Shown: positions 39,191-51,811 of the stretch, piece by piece
How the letters are laid out: every line of letters begins with the position of its first letter
How positions within the stretch are numbered: position 1 is the stretch's first letter
From: Octopus vulgaris
Taxonomy: Eukaryota
Length of the DNA stretch: 64,000 nucleotides
NCBI GenBank assembly: GCA_951406725.2
Contig: OX597823.1
Span: forward strand, 34,596,001 to 34,660,000
Direction of reading: 5' to 3'
Translations under genes and position numbers: made by a program
The notes under the pieces: model-generated
The model's input: only the letters and a program-made list of their open reading frames with translations
Told to the model about the DNA's origin: nothing
Databases searched by the model: none

Positions 39191-40980
39191 ACAGGCTTCT
39201 TTCAGTTTCCGTCTACCAAATCCACTCACAAGGTTTTGGTTGACCTGAGGCTATAGTAGCTGACACTTGCCCAAGGTTCCACGCAGTGGGGATGAACTCA
39301 TAACCATGTGGTTGGGAATCAAGCTTCTTACCACACAGCCACTCCTGTGCCTAAATATATATATATATATATATACATATATATTTATATATATACATAC
39401 ACACGTGTCATGTGGATGGTATTTTCAACTGAGAGGTTACAATTGTATCTGATTCTTCAAGTGCATCAATTCTGTGTATGTACATATATTTACTAAATTG
39501 TCGACATTTATCAATGGCTTTTCCCATTGTGTTGATGTGCCATTTTGTATCATTAATAAAATTGTTAGCATTTTTGTCAACATGAATATGCTAGCTAAAT
39601 TATGAATATTTTCTTATACTATTCATAGCACTATAGGTTCAAGGATTTACAACTAGGGATCTGGCAAGCTTTAGTTATAAACAGGAATCTGCTCAATTGC
39701 CTGAACCTCTTCCCTTAGTTAGTCTCATCTTAATTCAACTTGAGCTTTATGACTTTCGTTCATAAAGTCAGTATTAGTTATGTACTATGATTAGTTGAAT
39801 GACTGAAACCTTGTTCCTAAAACCAGATGGCCTTTTGCCTCTTCTATAAAATTGTTCAATTGTCACAACGTTCATGTGTTTCAGTGTTACACTTATAACA
39901 ACTTTAACTATGGAATGAAATCAAAGACACAAAAGAAATCTCTAACATAATGAAACAGGTCATAAAGATCAATAAACCATGCATGCAATTAGAAATAAAT
40001 ACATTCATAGGACATGATATTTCCACAGATTTCATATTACTTGACAAACCGTTAACTTCACCAAGACATGCTTGGTTGTTAAAATGTTTATGCGTCTGGC
40101 AGCCTAAAGAGAGTTTTATAGCAAAGTGCTCAGTACCAGTGAGAGAGATGAGAGATATATTAGTACCTGGATGGGATACAAGTCCATTACAAGTAAAATT
40201 CTCCAGATAATTTCATAAATATTTCCTAAGTAGTCCAACTAAGGGACACGAAGTTGAGTGTCCTCCCAAAATTAGATTTTATCCAGATAGTTCGTTTTGT
40301 GAAGTCCACCCTTTGGAAGTTTTAAGGCCAGGGGTGAGTCCTTTCCTCTTCTCACTAAATCATAAAAACAACCCCAATAAAACACCATTAAAGAAAGAGA
40401 TAATGGGCTATGATGACAATAACTAATTTGAACCACAGATCAATGAAATGGTTTCAAAAGAACTGATTCAGACAAGGGATTAATGAACAATAATTGCACT
40501 ATGTGAAAGAGCATGGATGCGTGGTGAAGACCACATGGTTTTTGATTCAGTTCTGTTGCACAGTACCTTGAAGACAATTGTTCGAGGTACCATACAACAG
40601 CCCAGGGCTGACCAGAACCTTTTAAGTGGATTTGGTAGACAGAAACTGAAAGAAACCCATCATATATACATGTGAGAGGGGTGGGCTTCTTTTCTTGTCA
40701 AACAATAGTTGTATGCATCACCATCATACAAGCAAGTGTCATTTGTTGGTAATCTTTTGTGAAAATGTATCCAGCCATGGGGAAATATTACCTAACTTGG
40801 AAACTGGTGAAGGTTAGTGACAGGAAGAGCATTCATCCAAAGAAAATTTGCCTCAGTAGATTCCAGCTGACCCATACGAGCAGGGAAAAGTGGACGTTAA
40901 AATAAAGGTTGGCAATAACTGGAAATACAAGAACTGATTTATTCAGCCTCTTTTATGTAGAATATTAGTAAAACACTCAC

Positions 40981-41110
40981 GTTCTAGAATATCAGAAGAA
41001 AATCTATTAATGATCCTTCCAGTAGGTGTGGAGTCAAAGAATGACATTGGCATATTAATAATGTGCTGCAGCATCTGTTCATGCAGTCGAGTGGAACCTT
41101 TCAATACAGT
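40981..41110 (-). CDS. ABCC5: ABCC5-like exon (TMD2 cytoplasmic loop)
   Basis: 130 nt, tcacag|...|gtgagt. TVLKGSTRLHEQMLQHIINMPMSFFDSTPTGRIINRFSSDILE, the hallmark ABCC FFDxTPxGRIxNRFS motif. Missed by the ORF track. Confidence 0.95.
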
Positions 41111-41329
41111 CTGTGAATATTAAAGAGTAAAGACAGTTACTTTAGCAGATAACCTAACAGGTGATAAATAATTGAGTCTTACTGTTTTAATATGTATTGT
41201 AATATATAACTTATATATATATGCCTTGTTTTCTTCTCAGTGTACCTGTGTTCACAGTGAATACACACTGAAATCAAAGAAAGAAATTCATTACCATCTT
41301 CTTTTCCTTCTCCTCTTCATCATCATCAT

Positions 41330-42177
41330 CATGGTGATTACAAAAGTATGGCAGCTCAGAAAACTCATTCTGATCATTCTAAGAAAAGAACTCCTGAATT
41401 TGTTGGTGAGATCCAAGCTGTGATTGATAATGATCTACTCCAAGTCAATCAGACCCATTGCTAGGGACATAGGAGTGTCCGAGTCTCTTCTCAGGCAGGT
41501 AGGGCATTAAAACATTCAGTATTCCTCATACAAGATGAGAACAACCATTGGCTTGCTGTGTCCCTAAAACATGTACTGAGAGTGATAAAAACTCAAACAT
41601 CCAGTCAACATCATGGTGTTTGGAGTGATCACTAGTGATAGTAACGTTATGCTTCCAGTCATCTTCCCACGCAGCCTCAGACTCAACACAAAGGCCTACA
41701 TCAAGTGCTTGGAAGAGGTAGTGCTGCCCTGGGTCAAGAGAGTGACTGCTGGAAGACTCTGTGTCTGGCAACAGGACTCTGCACCATGCGACACAGGCAG
41801 GAGAATCCAGTCAAGGTTGTCAGATAATTTCTGCAACCACATCACCCCTAACATCTGGCCAATTAAATCCCCAGACTGCAACACCCTTGATTATTATATG
41901 TGGGGTGCAGTTGAGCGAGAGACCAACAAAACTCCTTGTAACATCAAAGATGAACTGAAGGCCAGGATTATGGCAACATTCACCAAGGAGACCGGCCAGA
42001 AGAGTTGCTAGAAATTCCAAAGTCGTCTGGAGGCAGTGGATTTTATTGAATAAATTTACTTTTTAGTATTTCAAGATGTTTTTATGTAATTTTGGTATAT
42101 ATATCTGTTAAAATGAGATGTCAGTGTTATTTTCATTTTTGTGTAATTTAGACTACAGTTTATTCACCACACCCTGT
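41330..42177 (+). mobile_element. Tc1/mariner (maT/DD37D-like) transposon remnant
   Basis: ORF 41613-42011 with VWQQDSAPC...WPIKSPDCNTLDYYMWG. Right TIR ...CACACCCTG|TA. Confidence 0.82.
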
Positions 42178-42348
42178 ATATAATTGTGTGTGTCCTTGTC
42201 TTAAAATTGCCATATAGTTGTAAATGTGTAAATCACAGTTAGTTGTAAATACAAGCAGTGTCATTTATTTCCAACATTCTGTGAAAACATGTCTAGCCAT
42301 GAGGAAATATTACTTTGCTGGGAAATAGGTGAAGGTTGGTGACAGGAA

Positions 42349-42381
42349 GGGTTAGGGTTAGGGTTTACCCTAACCCTAACC
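42349..42381. repeat. Head-to-head interstitial telomeric repeat
   Basis: GGGTTAGGGTTAGGGT-TT-ACCCTAACCCTAACC. Confidence 0.8.
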
Positions 42382-42479
42382 AGACTCAATGAACTCTGTC
42401 TAAGTAATGCAAGCATGAAAAAATGGGCATTAAAATAATAATGATTAATGGTGGAATTCAAAGTAGATAAAGCTTTAAA

Positions 42480-42895
42480 TAATGGTTTCAAATTTTGCCA
42501 TAAGGGCAGCCATTTTAGAGGACCCTAGTGTTTCACTGGTACTTAATTTATTGACCCCAAAAGGATGAAAGGCAAAGTTGACCTCGGTGGAATTTGAACT
42601 CAGAACATAGCAACAGGTGAAATACCGCTAAGCATTTTGCCCTGCATGCTAACGATTTTGCCAGCTTGCCACCTTATATAATAATAATAATAATAATAAT
42701 AATCCTTTGTAATCTAGGTACAAGGCCTGACATTTGTGGGGAGGGGACTAGTTGATTACCCTAGTGTTCAACTGGTGCTTATTTTATTGACCCCAAAAGG
42801 CAAAGTCAACCTCAGCGTGATTTGAACTCAGAACGTAGCGACAGGCAAAATACCACTAAGCATTTCATCCAGCATGCTAGTGGTTCTGCCAACAT
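42480..42895 (-). mobile_element. Two tandem copies of a second SINE family
   Basis: Shared GTTCTGAGTTCAAAT...GACTTTGCCTTT... body. Other copies at ~35980-36180, ~37545-37760, ~50060-50280, ~54045-54248. Confidence 0.7.
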
Positions 42896-43173
42896 GTTGC
42901 TTTGAATAATGACATTTAGAATATTGGGTTAAGAAAAAACCCTTGGGCAGAAAAAAGTGGGAAGTTGCCAATGGGATGTTGTTAGAACATCTGTCATATT
43001 CATAGAAGATGTGGGATCATGCACCATTGGCAACTTTATCCCAACCAAAGGTTTTTTTTTTTAACCCAATTTTCCACACAGCATTATTTATAGCATTATC
43101 TACTTCAAGTTCCACAGTCAAAACTAGCTTTAGTGTTATCCCAAAAAGCAATGGGTCTATGGAGATGACTTAC

Positions 43174-43377
43174 TTTAACGTAGGAAACTCCTCGAAGCAT
43201 ATGAAATAAAACCATTAACAGACCGATGCCACCATAGATAGATGCATTAAAAACTAAATTGGATTCACCATCAGACTTTGTTGAAGCACTGGAATATGTA
43301 GTGTTCTTGGTTAAAGAGTTTAGATCTGTGATGTTATCACTGAGCATTGTAGAGTCTGTGATATTATTGGAAGATGT
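43174..43377 (-). CDS. ABCC5: ABCC5-like exon (extracellular loop plus TM helix)
   Basis: 204 nt, tttcag|...|gtaagt. TSSNNITDSTMLSDNITDLNSLTKNTTYSS...FNASIYGGIGLLMVLFHMLRGVSYVK. Confidence 0.88.
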
Positions 43378-43479
43378 CTGAAATATAAAGATATTAATAG
43401 ATATAATTATAATTAATATATGTTTATTGGAGGAGGAGGAAGAAGAGGAGGAGGAGGGGGAGAGAAAGAAGAAGGATGA

Positions 43480-43510
<31 letters not shown>

Positions 43511-43597
43511 AAGAAGAAGAAGAAGAAGAAGAAGAAGAAGAAGAAGAAGAAGAAGAAAAAGAAGAAGAAGAAGAAGAAGAAGAAGAAGAAGAAGAAG

Positions 43598-43627
<30 letters not shown>
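43480..43627. repeat. (GAA)n microsatellite
   Basis: Read directly. Confidence 0.95.
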
Positions 43628-43628
<1 letters not shown>

Positions 43629-44125
43629 GATAAATACAACCCTCTTAAGTACAAAATAACCCAGCTATGGAAAATGAAGAAGGTGAAGATAGTGCCAATT
43701 ATTGCTGGGGTCTTGGGGACAGTATCAGAAGGCATCAAGGGGAATATAAAGGAAATAGGAATAGAATGCCCAGTAGAACTGTTATAAAAGAAGTAGTGTG
43801 GGAGCATCATAGCCATGTGTTGAGAGGAATTCTTTGGGGTTTGGATAATTCACCTCAGGAAACACGGGTGTTTCATTCAATATCCTTAAACAACCCTTAT
43901 TCAGGGACCTTTTGAGTGGGATGGGCTACTCAACCCAAAGAAAATTCTAACTGGGCTCCACCTGCAAGGTTATGCTCTTGATATGAGATCACCATGTTGC
44001 ATGCATGTGGTTGTGATGCATGTGCCTGGTGTACCCTTATCAGACGAGTAGTCATGATGGATATACTGGGCTTTATATATTTTACCCCAGTCTCACTTTG
44101 ATGGCATGCACTGCCCTCTCACTCA

Positions 44126-44176
<51 letters not shown>

Positions 44177-44730
44177 GCCCTGATGCAGTACCAGGCAGTG
44201 GCTCTCATGGCTTCTGATCTTAACTGATTGGAAGTGTTATCATGTACATTGTTTTGTCTTGGTATAAAAGATGGGCTACAGCAAATATTCTGCTCAATAC
44301 CACAGATTTGCTTGTCAGTTGTTTGACCTTAACCAGTTGAGCATGTCCCTTAGTGGCTGACAATATGTGCATCTCTGATCACGAGCAGAAGTAGTTGGGG
44401 AGCATCATAGCCATGTGTTGAGAAGGATTCTTTGGGGTTTGAATAATTCACCTCTGGAAACATGGGTGTTTCGTTCAACATCCTTAAACAACCCTTATTC
44501 AGGGACCTTTTGAGCGGGATGGGTTACTCGATCTGAAGAAATTTCTAACTGGGCTCCACCTGCAAGGTCATGTGCTGTTTATCTTGATATGAGATCACCA
44601 TGTCGCGCACATATGGTTGTGATGCATGTGCCTGGTGTACCCTTATTAGACGGGTAGTCATGATGGGTATACTAGTCTTCGTATATTTTACCCCAGTGTC
44701 ACTTTGATGGCATGCTCTGCTCACTCACTC

Positions 44731-44777
<47 letters not shown>
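43628..44777 (+). mobile_element. R4/Dong-type LINE 3' end plus a duplicated 3'-UTR-like unit, each ending in (TAA)n
   Basis: DKYNPLKYKITQLWKMKKVKIVPIIAGVLG (RLE C-terminus). ~43790-44128 is repeated at ~44388-44731. Confidence 0.65.
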
Positions 44778-44778
<1 letters not shown>

Positions 44779-44811
44779 TTCATGCGCTTTTGTCTTTGCA
44801 TAATAATAATA

Positions 44812-45617
44812 ATGCAAAGACAAAAGCGCATGAAAAATTAGCTAGCAGATGGTAACAGAAACCTCTGCATGGCAAGTATGTGGCCCGTAGCAAAAACAAG
44901 CTGATGTTGACCAGAAACATATGCACCAGTGGTTACGAAGTTCAGGGCTAAAAGCGGAGAGTGAAGGTTTCATATTAGCTGCTCAAAACCAAAGCTTATT
45001 AACCCGGAACTACCAAGCCAATGTAATAAAAAAATGGAGCTGACCCAAAATACCGACTCTGTAACGATGAGATTGAAACTAGAGACCACCTAATCTCGGG
45101 GTGTAGAGTCTTAGCACCTGTAGAATATAAAGCAAGACATGACAGAGCTGGCCAGTATTTACACTGGACAATAAATCGGCATTATAAAATCAAAACCGCT
45201 GACAAATGGTATAAACACCATCCTGAAGCTGTGACTGAGGGAGAAAATGTGTCGATTCTATAGGACTTCCCCATACATACCGACAAAACTATACAAGCTA
45301 ATAAACCAGATATTATTATAAAAGATCAGACAAAAAGGATGTATTTATTAATTGACATGAGTATTCCTTGCGATCACAATATAGTGGTGAAAGAATTTGA
45401 CAAGATTAGTAAATATAAAGACTTGCTAATAGAAATTGAAAAAATGTGACATCTCAAGGTGACTACAGTACCAGTGATTGTAGGAGCTCTAGGAATGATA
45501 AAAAAAGGTACAGAAACCTATTTGAAAATGATACCAGGCTTGCCATTCCTACAGGAAGTGCAAAAAATCGTGTTAACTGGAACGGCTCATGTACTGAGAA
45601 GTGCATTATCGCTGTGA
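44812..45617 (+). mobile_element. R4/Dong-clade (RLE) non-LTR retrotransposon 3' fragment
   Basis: SEGFILAAQNQ, CCHC-like YRLC...ETRDHLISGC, RHD, KPDIII...LIDMSIP...KISKYKDL (PD-(D/E)xK endonuclease), VPVIVGALG. Inserted next to (TAA)n. Confidence 0.88.
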
Positions 45618-45804
45618 AAACAACATCCATTCATGAATTTATTTATTTATTAATTTTTTAAATACATATTTTACCTGTGAATTTGCGTGTGTAATCTGGG
45701 AATGCATACAATGAGCTTCTCTGCCCTAGGTGTATGGAAAACACTCGGCGAGAAACGGAAGAAAGTTTGAAGAAAGAAGGGAAAAAAAATAATAATAATA
45801 TCTA

Positions 45805-48195
45805 GGTGTATTGCAAAAATCAGCTTTGTCCCTAAGAGACAAGCTTTCTGTAGGAGCTCTATTCCAATCGCCTTTAGCCATCTGCCTATATCTTGACTTA
45901 CTCTTCCCAATGCACCCATTATTATAGGCACAACCTTTACTGTTCTCCTGCTCCAAATTCTTCCTATTTCAAACTTTAAGAGATAATATTTTTTTTGTTT
46001 TTTCCTTCTTTCTTTCTTAACTGTCTTTAATAGTTTTTCTGTGTTCATCATCATCATCATCATCATTTAATGTCTGTTGTCTATGCTGTCATGAGTCGGA
46101 CAATTTGACAGGGCTGGCACGCTGGAAGGCTGCACCAGGATCCAGTCTGATTTGGCATGGTTTCCAACGGCTGGATGCCCTTCCTAATGCCAACCACTCC
46201 TTTTACATGCCATTTGCGTGACACTGGTATCTGCCATGATTGTGATTTTGCTCGGCTTGATAGGTCTTCTTCTCAAGCGCAACATAATGCCAAAGGTCTT
46301 GGTCATTGCTTCTGTGAGGCCCAACACTCAAAAGAAGCTTGGCCACTTTGCCTACATGAGGCCCAATGCTCAAAAGGAATTTTTGTAATAGTTCTACAGG
46401 ACACTCTATTCCAGATTCCTTTGTATTCCCCTTGATGCCTTCTGATATTGTCCCCCAAAGATCCTACAATAATTGGCACTATCTTCACCTTCTTCATTTT
46501 CCATAGCCAGGTTATTGTGTACTTAAGAGGGTTGTATTTATCTATTTTCCACCTTTCTTCTTGACTATTCATGGGTCAAAGGGGCATCCAACATCAACTA
46601 TATAGCACATGTGGTGCATCCTGTCCACCACCACTAGCTCTGATCAGTTATGCTCTAGCTCCTGCTCTGCTTGGATTGGGAAATCCCAAAGGATTTTGCT
46701 AATACCCAACTCCACCATCTCTGTGGTGTGTTCTCATACCACATCTTGCCTCTCTCTAGCCTCCACTTTTTGTACAGTTTCCAATGTAGCACTTTCACTA
46801 CCTGATTGTGTTGCCACAACTTGTAGTGGTTTTGGGCAAGTTTAGGGCATTTGTTCATGATATGGGCAATGGTTTCCAGATCTTTGTATTTTGAGAGTTT
46901 CTCTGTTTCTTTTAGAGAAACATAGTCATCTGTTGGTATTGATACATCGATTAGAAAGCATTTTTTTCTTGGTCATCTCTGACAACTATATCCAGCCTAT
47001 TGGCCATAATTTCTCTATCTGTGTGTATTGGCATATCCCAGAGTATGGTTGCTTTTTCATTTTCTGTGACCTTTTCTGGCATGTGCCTTTACCATCTTAT
47101 TTCTGTTGTTATTCTATAGTGTTGGCACAGCTTCCAGTGTATACAGGTCCCAACTCTGTCATTTCTGCAAACATATTTGTAGTGACGCTATTCCAACAGC
47201 GCGCGCTAACGCCATTTCAGTTCGCGTGTGCGGAGTTTGGAGCCTTCTGTAGAGGCAGAAGGGAAGGGCCCTCTCGCGCATGCGCGAAGACCGGAAGAAG
47301 GGAAAGATGATGTGGCATTTAGCTGATAGGCAAGGGAGCGTAAAAACTTTGACCAGAAAGGGTACAGAGACACGTAGCAGCACCAGAAGGCTTTCCACCA
47401 GACATTGTTGCAGACCATATTTTCTTCGCTCCCTAAGGACGCCATATTTGACCAGCTCAGTTTGCTGTTGTACTTGTAAGATTCTTACAAGCGTTAAATT
47501 TTCAGCTTTGCCACATCCATACCAAGTGGAACCAAATATACCACCTTATTTCTTACTGTTATAAGAACAATAAAGAGTATATATTTTTACTGTCACATTT
47601 GTGTTCTTTGACTGGTAGAATCTGGAAATTTAAGCAACGGAAATTGTGAATGCACCAGTTGCACCCTAAAAGTGCAAGAAGCAACCTATACCCGTTACAC
47701 ATTCTTTCTTAGCCAGGACTAGGTAGCCAGAGACAATATGATTTATTGTTTCTTCTCCATCTCCACATATTCTGCATTTACTTGTATTTCTTTCCATTAT
47801 ATGTTTTTGGTAATTTCTGGTGAGAAGGCTCTGATCTTGTGCTGCAATTAAAAATCCTTCAGTCTCTGCTTTGAGTCCTGAGCTTCTCAGCCATTGTTGG
47901 GATTTTGCTTTGTCTATTTCTTTTCTGTTTAGCTTAACCCAATATTTGCAATGAAGAGGCTTTTCTTGCCATCATTTTATCATGATCCGTTGCTGTTCAA
48001 GTTTTAGTTTGAATTTCAGTTGTTTTACAGCTTTTGTTGTTTCTTCTTTTTCTTCATAGTTGTTAGGTACTATGACTTATTTTGTATTTGTCAGCTTCCT
48101 TAAAGACAAAAAACAGTTTTTTGCATTGTTTGTGTTTTGTGGTTATTTGTGTTAGTTTTCCTTGCTTCTGAAGTAGGTATTTCTGTAGTCCTATG
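45805..48195 (-). mobile_element. Several R4/Dong-type fragments in the opposite orientation
   Basis: Minus strand VKVVPIIMGALG, CPKLAQNHYKLWQHNQVVKVLHWKL, QQWLRSSGLKAETEGFLIAAQDQSL. Interrupted by an RTE end (~46045-46380) and a solo LTR. Confidence 0.8.
47178..47699 (+). mobile_element. Solo LTR (522 bp)
   Basis: TGTAG...TTACA termini, near-perfect 4-bp TSD (TATT/CATT) splitting the R4-type ORF, AATAAA at 47569. Confidence 0.72.
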
Positions 48196-48214
48196 GTAGT
48201 TATTTATTTATTTA

Positions 48215-48260
<46 letters not shown>

Positions 48261-48637
48261 CATTGTTGTTGTTGTTATCATTGCCTTTACTATTATTATT
48301 GTTATTATTATCTTTGTTATCAACAATATTTATGTATGCACTGTACTGCTAGGCTCATCCTTATTGCGTTTCATGTATATACAGAATCAATTCTCTATTT
48401 TTGAAGTCAGTGAAGGTTTTAAATGTGTCATTCACGAGTAAGGAATGTGTAGAGTTGAACTTGTATTTTGATGTTGAATGAGACAAGAAATAAGAGTCGT
48501 CTTAGGAAACTGTAGGATGTAGCAATGTATAAGATTGTGTGAGTGTGTGATTATGGGGAGACGTGCATATGTGTGTGTATGAATGTGGTTAACCTGTTTA
48601 TATGTGAGGATGTAAGGGGAAAAAAATAGTCACTTAC

Positions 48638-48822
48638 AGGATTATGTTCTTTCAGAATAAATGTTAACCACCACATTGAAAGGACTTGAATAGAAACGCT
48701 GATAATGAATAACAGCAGCACAAAGAGACACTGAACAACCCCTCCACATGCCTTTATATACATTCCTAATTGTTCAAAGGAGGTATTTTTTGATATGTCT
48801 TCTTTAGCAACCAGTTCAAAAT
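48638..48822 (-). CDS. ABCC5: ABCC5-like exon (start of TMD2)
   Basis: 185 nt, ttgtag|...|gtaagt. (D)FELVAKEDISKNTSFEQLGMYIKACGGVVQCLFVLLLFIISVSIQVLSMWWLTFILKEHNP, containing the YIKA-GG...WWL motif of ABCC TMD2. Confidence 0.9.
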
Positions 48823-50739
48823 CTACAATTAAATAAAAAGAAAAAAAAAAAAAAACACAGTTAAAATACTATAAAATGCCAGTGAAACTTTCTTGACATG
48901 ACATTATATTATTTTTACAATGTGTATACATGAACTGGGTCTCACTGATGCAATGACAAGCAACCGAGACCTTTGGAGATATGCTGAGCTTGGGAAGACC
49001 CGGCAAGCTGAGTGAGATCATAGCTATGGCTTATGCTAGTGTCACATAACCAGCCCATTTAAGAGTTCCCTTCAATAGTCAGGCAATGTAGTGTGCGTGA
49101 GAAGACCTATTAAGTCAAGTAAAACAGCTGTCGTGGCCAATGCCGGTACTGCCTCATTGGCACTCATGCCGGTGCGATGTAAAAAAGCACCATTCGAGTG
49201 TGGTTGATGCCAGTACCACCTACCTGGAACCCATACCAGTGGCACATAAAAGCAACATTCAAGTGTGGTCGATGCCAATGCCGCAAGACTGGTCCCCATG
49301 CTGGTGACATGTAAAAAAGCACCCACTACACTCTCGGAGAGGTTGGCGTTACAAAGGGCTTCCAGCTGTAGAAACACTGCCAGATCAGACTGGAGCCTGG
49401 AGTAGTCTTCTGGCTTGCCAGTCCTCAGTCAAACATCCAACCCATGCCAGCATGGAAAGCAGCATTAAATGATAATGATGATGAAACAATGGAAGAATAT
49501 TGAAGAAAATATCTATTTCACATTTTAAAATTCTTTTTTGACATCAAAATGAAATTTTACACCCAGAACTCATACAAACCCATGCACTCTTCTCTATATT
49601 TCACTCTCTCTTCTCTCATTCATCTGTTAACATTGACTTGCATACATTCTAGCAAAACATCAACGGCATCAATTACATCAGGCTGGTGGAGTATGCAAAG
49701 GTTTTGGGCAATGCATCTTCTACTCTGACTCATTTAGCTTAGCCATCACTCTCAAATGAGTGTAGCCAGATAGCATGTGCATAGTTCAAGCAGCCATAGA
49801 CACTCTCTCAGCCAGAACATTGGTAATATTACACCTGGAAAGAGTGAGAAGAGAGAGAGAGAGTGAGAGAAGAGAGAGAGAGCTGCACTGGCACTAGGTT
49901 GGTACTCATTTACAGCCACATAGACTGGAGCAGCATGAAATGAAGTGGCTTGCTCAAGGACGCAATACACCACCTAGTCCAAGAATTGAACCTACAACCT
50001 TGTGATCATGAGCCCAGCATCATAAACTTTATACTTCTATCTTCACATATTCTAAGTTATATATCTTTTCTACTCTAGGCACAAGGCCCAAAATTTTGGA
50101 GGAGGGAAGGGCAGTCTATTAGATTGACCCCAGTATGCAACTGGTACTTAATTTGTCGACCCTGAAAAGATGAAAGGCAAAGTCAACCTTGGCGGAATTT
50201 GAACTCAGAACGTAAAGACAGACAAAATACTGCTAAGCATTTCACCCAGCGTGCTAATGTTTCTGCCAGTTCGCCACCTTTATTCTAAGTTATATATAAA
50301 AAAAAACAATCAAATTACACCAAATTTCCAAGAAGATGGTGAGATTCCCAAAATTAGGTATTTAGTAACTACAGCATGAAAGATCCATATTGGCTTTTCA
50401 AAAACACACAAAAACAGTTAGCTTTGCTTTTGTGTGTATTTCAACCATTAAAACATGTCTCCCATGCTGTAATTGTCTTAGCTTCAACACATAATCACAG
50501 TTCAAATATTTAATGGCCAAGTACATCTCCAAAATTAAGTATTTAACTTGCTGGCAATGACTTTCTTTATTAAATAAATGGGGGGGAAAAAAAATAAGAG
50601 AACACTTGCCTCACTAGGGATTTCTAAACTGCAGTCTTTCTTAACATCCCAATTTCAAACAGTGATTCGTTAAAATTCTAACTAATTTACTCAGGAGAGT
50701 AATTCATATTGTTAATCCAAATAATATTGTTTTACTTAC

Positions 50740-50817
50740 CTTCTGAAACACAGCTATATTGGCTTATAGTTGACATTGTGCTCATCCCCCGCTCTAGAGA
50801 CTGTCGGACTCTAACAG
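50740..50817 (-). CDS. ABCC5: ABCC5-like exon (NBD1-TMD2 linker)
   Basis: 78 nt, attcag|...G|gtaagt. Open in phase 1: (A)VRVRQSLERGMSTMSTISQYSCVSE. Called from splice sites and frame only; the linker is poorly conserved. Confidence 0.7.
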
Positions 50818-50968
50818 CTGAATAAAGGTTAAAAAAATATATTTGACATTATTATATATCTGCTGTAGTTTTCAGTTCAGTCCCACTGTTTGGCACCATG
50901 GGGAAGTGTATTGAAAGTAATTCTACTCTCCATAGATGTAACTAAAAGATGCTCATCGTATGTGTGTG

Positions 50969-51010
<42 letters not shown>

Positions 51011-51141
51011 CAAACAAACACATACACACACATATAACAGCATTAAAACTAGAATGGTATTGAAACAAATGTAACCAGTCATTAAATGTTCTAAACTATT
51101 TCTTTGTTTTCTTATTTGCATTATATATGTGTGTGTGTGTA

Positions 51142-51811
51142 TCATAGGCATGCAGTCCATGGAAGCAAAGGAAGCAATGCTTCCCTTAAAATTTATAGAA
51201 ACATAATTACTTATTTTTCATAAAATCGTTCTTCTAATGTTCTCTAAAATTAATATAAGCCACAAGACATCATAGGCTTCAGATTTTTATTGTCAGAATT
51301 AGCATGAGACAACAAACAGAGGCAGATGACACAAAGAAAATCTTGCACGCGAAGCAACACAAATTGTTGCATCCTTTCCGGTGTAATATTTTAACATATT
51401 TTCCAATAAAAATGCCACAGACAATTTTTTTCCTAATAAGAGCTGATAACGAATAGTTTTAGATGCTAATAAATACTTATACACTTAGATTAAGTTTCTG
51501 TCAATTCGCAATACCTATGATATATATAATCTTACGTTGTTATGTAACACATAGGAAAAAGAAAGCAAGTTGGCATTCTGTGTCCATCAGAAAAACAGTA
51601 TTAAGATAACATGCACATAGTTTTCTGCATTTATTCAAGTAATACTTTAAACTTTTTCAAATTACAGAACACCCGTAATATAAAATATGATTTTCTTTTA
51701 AATTTTAAAAACAGCTGTATGATATGAACATGTCAATTTGATTCAAATATCTAAGTGACAAAAAGTTTTGGTCATTGCTTCCTCAGCCAGAAAGATCACT
51801 GCACACCCCTG
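51142..51811. mobile_element. hAT-like non-autonomous element
   Basis: Imperfect TIRs CATAGGCATGCAG ... CTGCACACCCCTG with GGAAGCAA/TTGCTTCC subterminal repeats. Confidence 0.5.
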
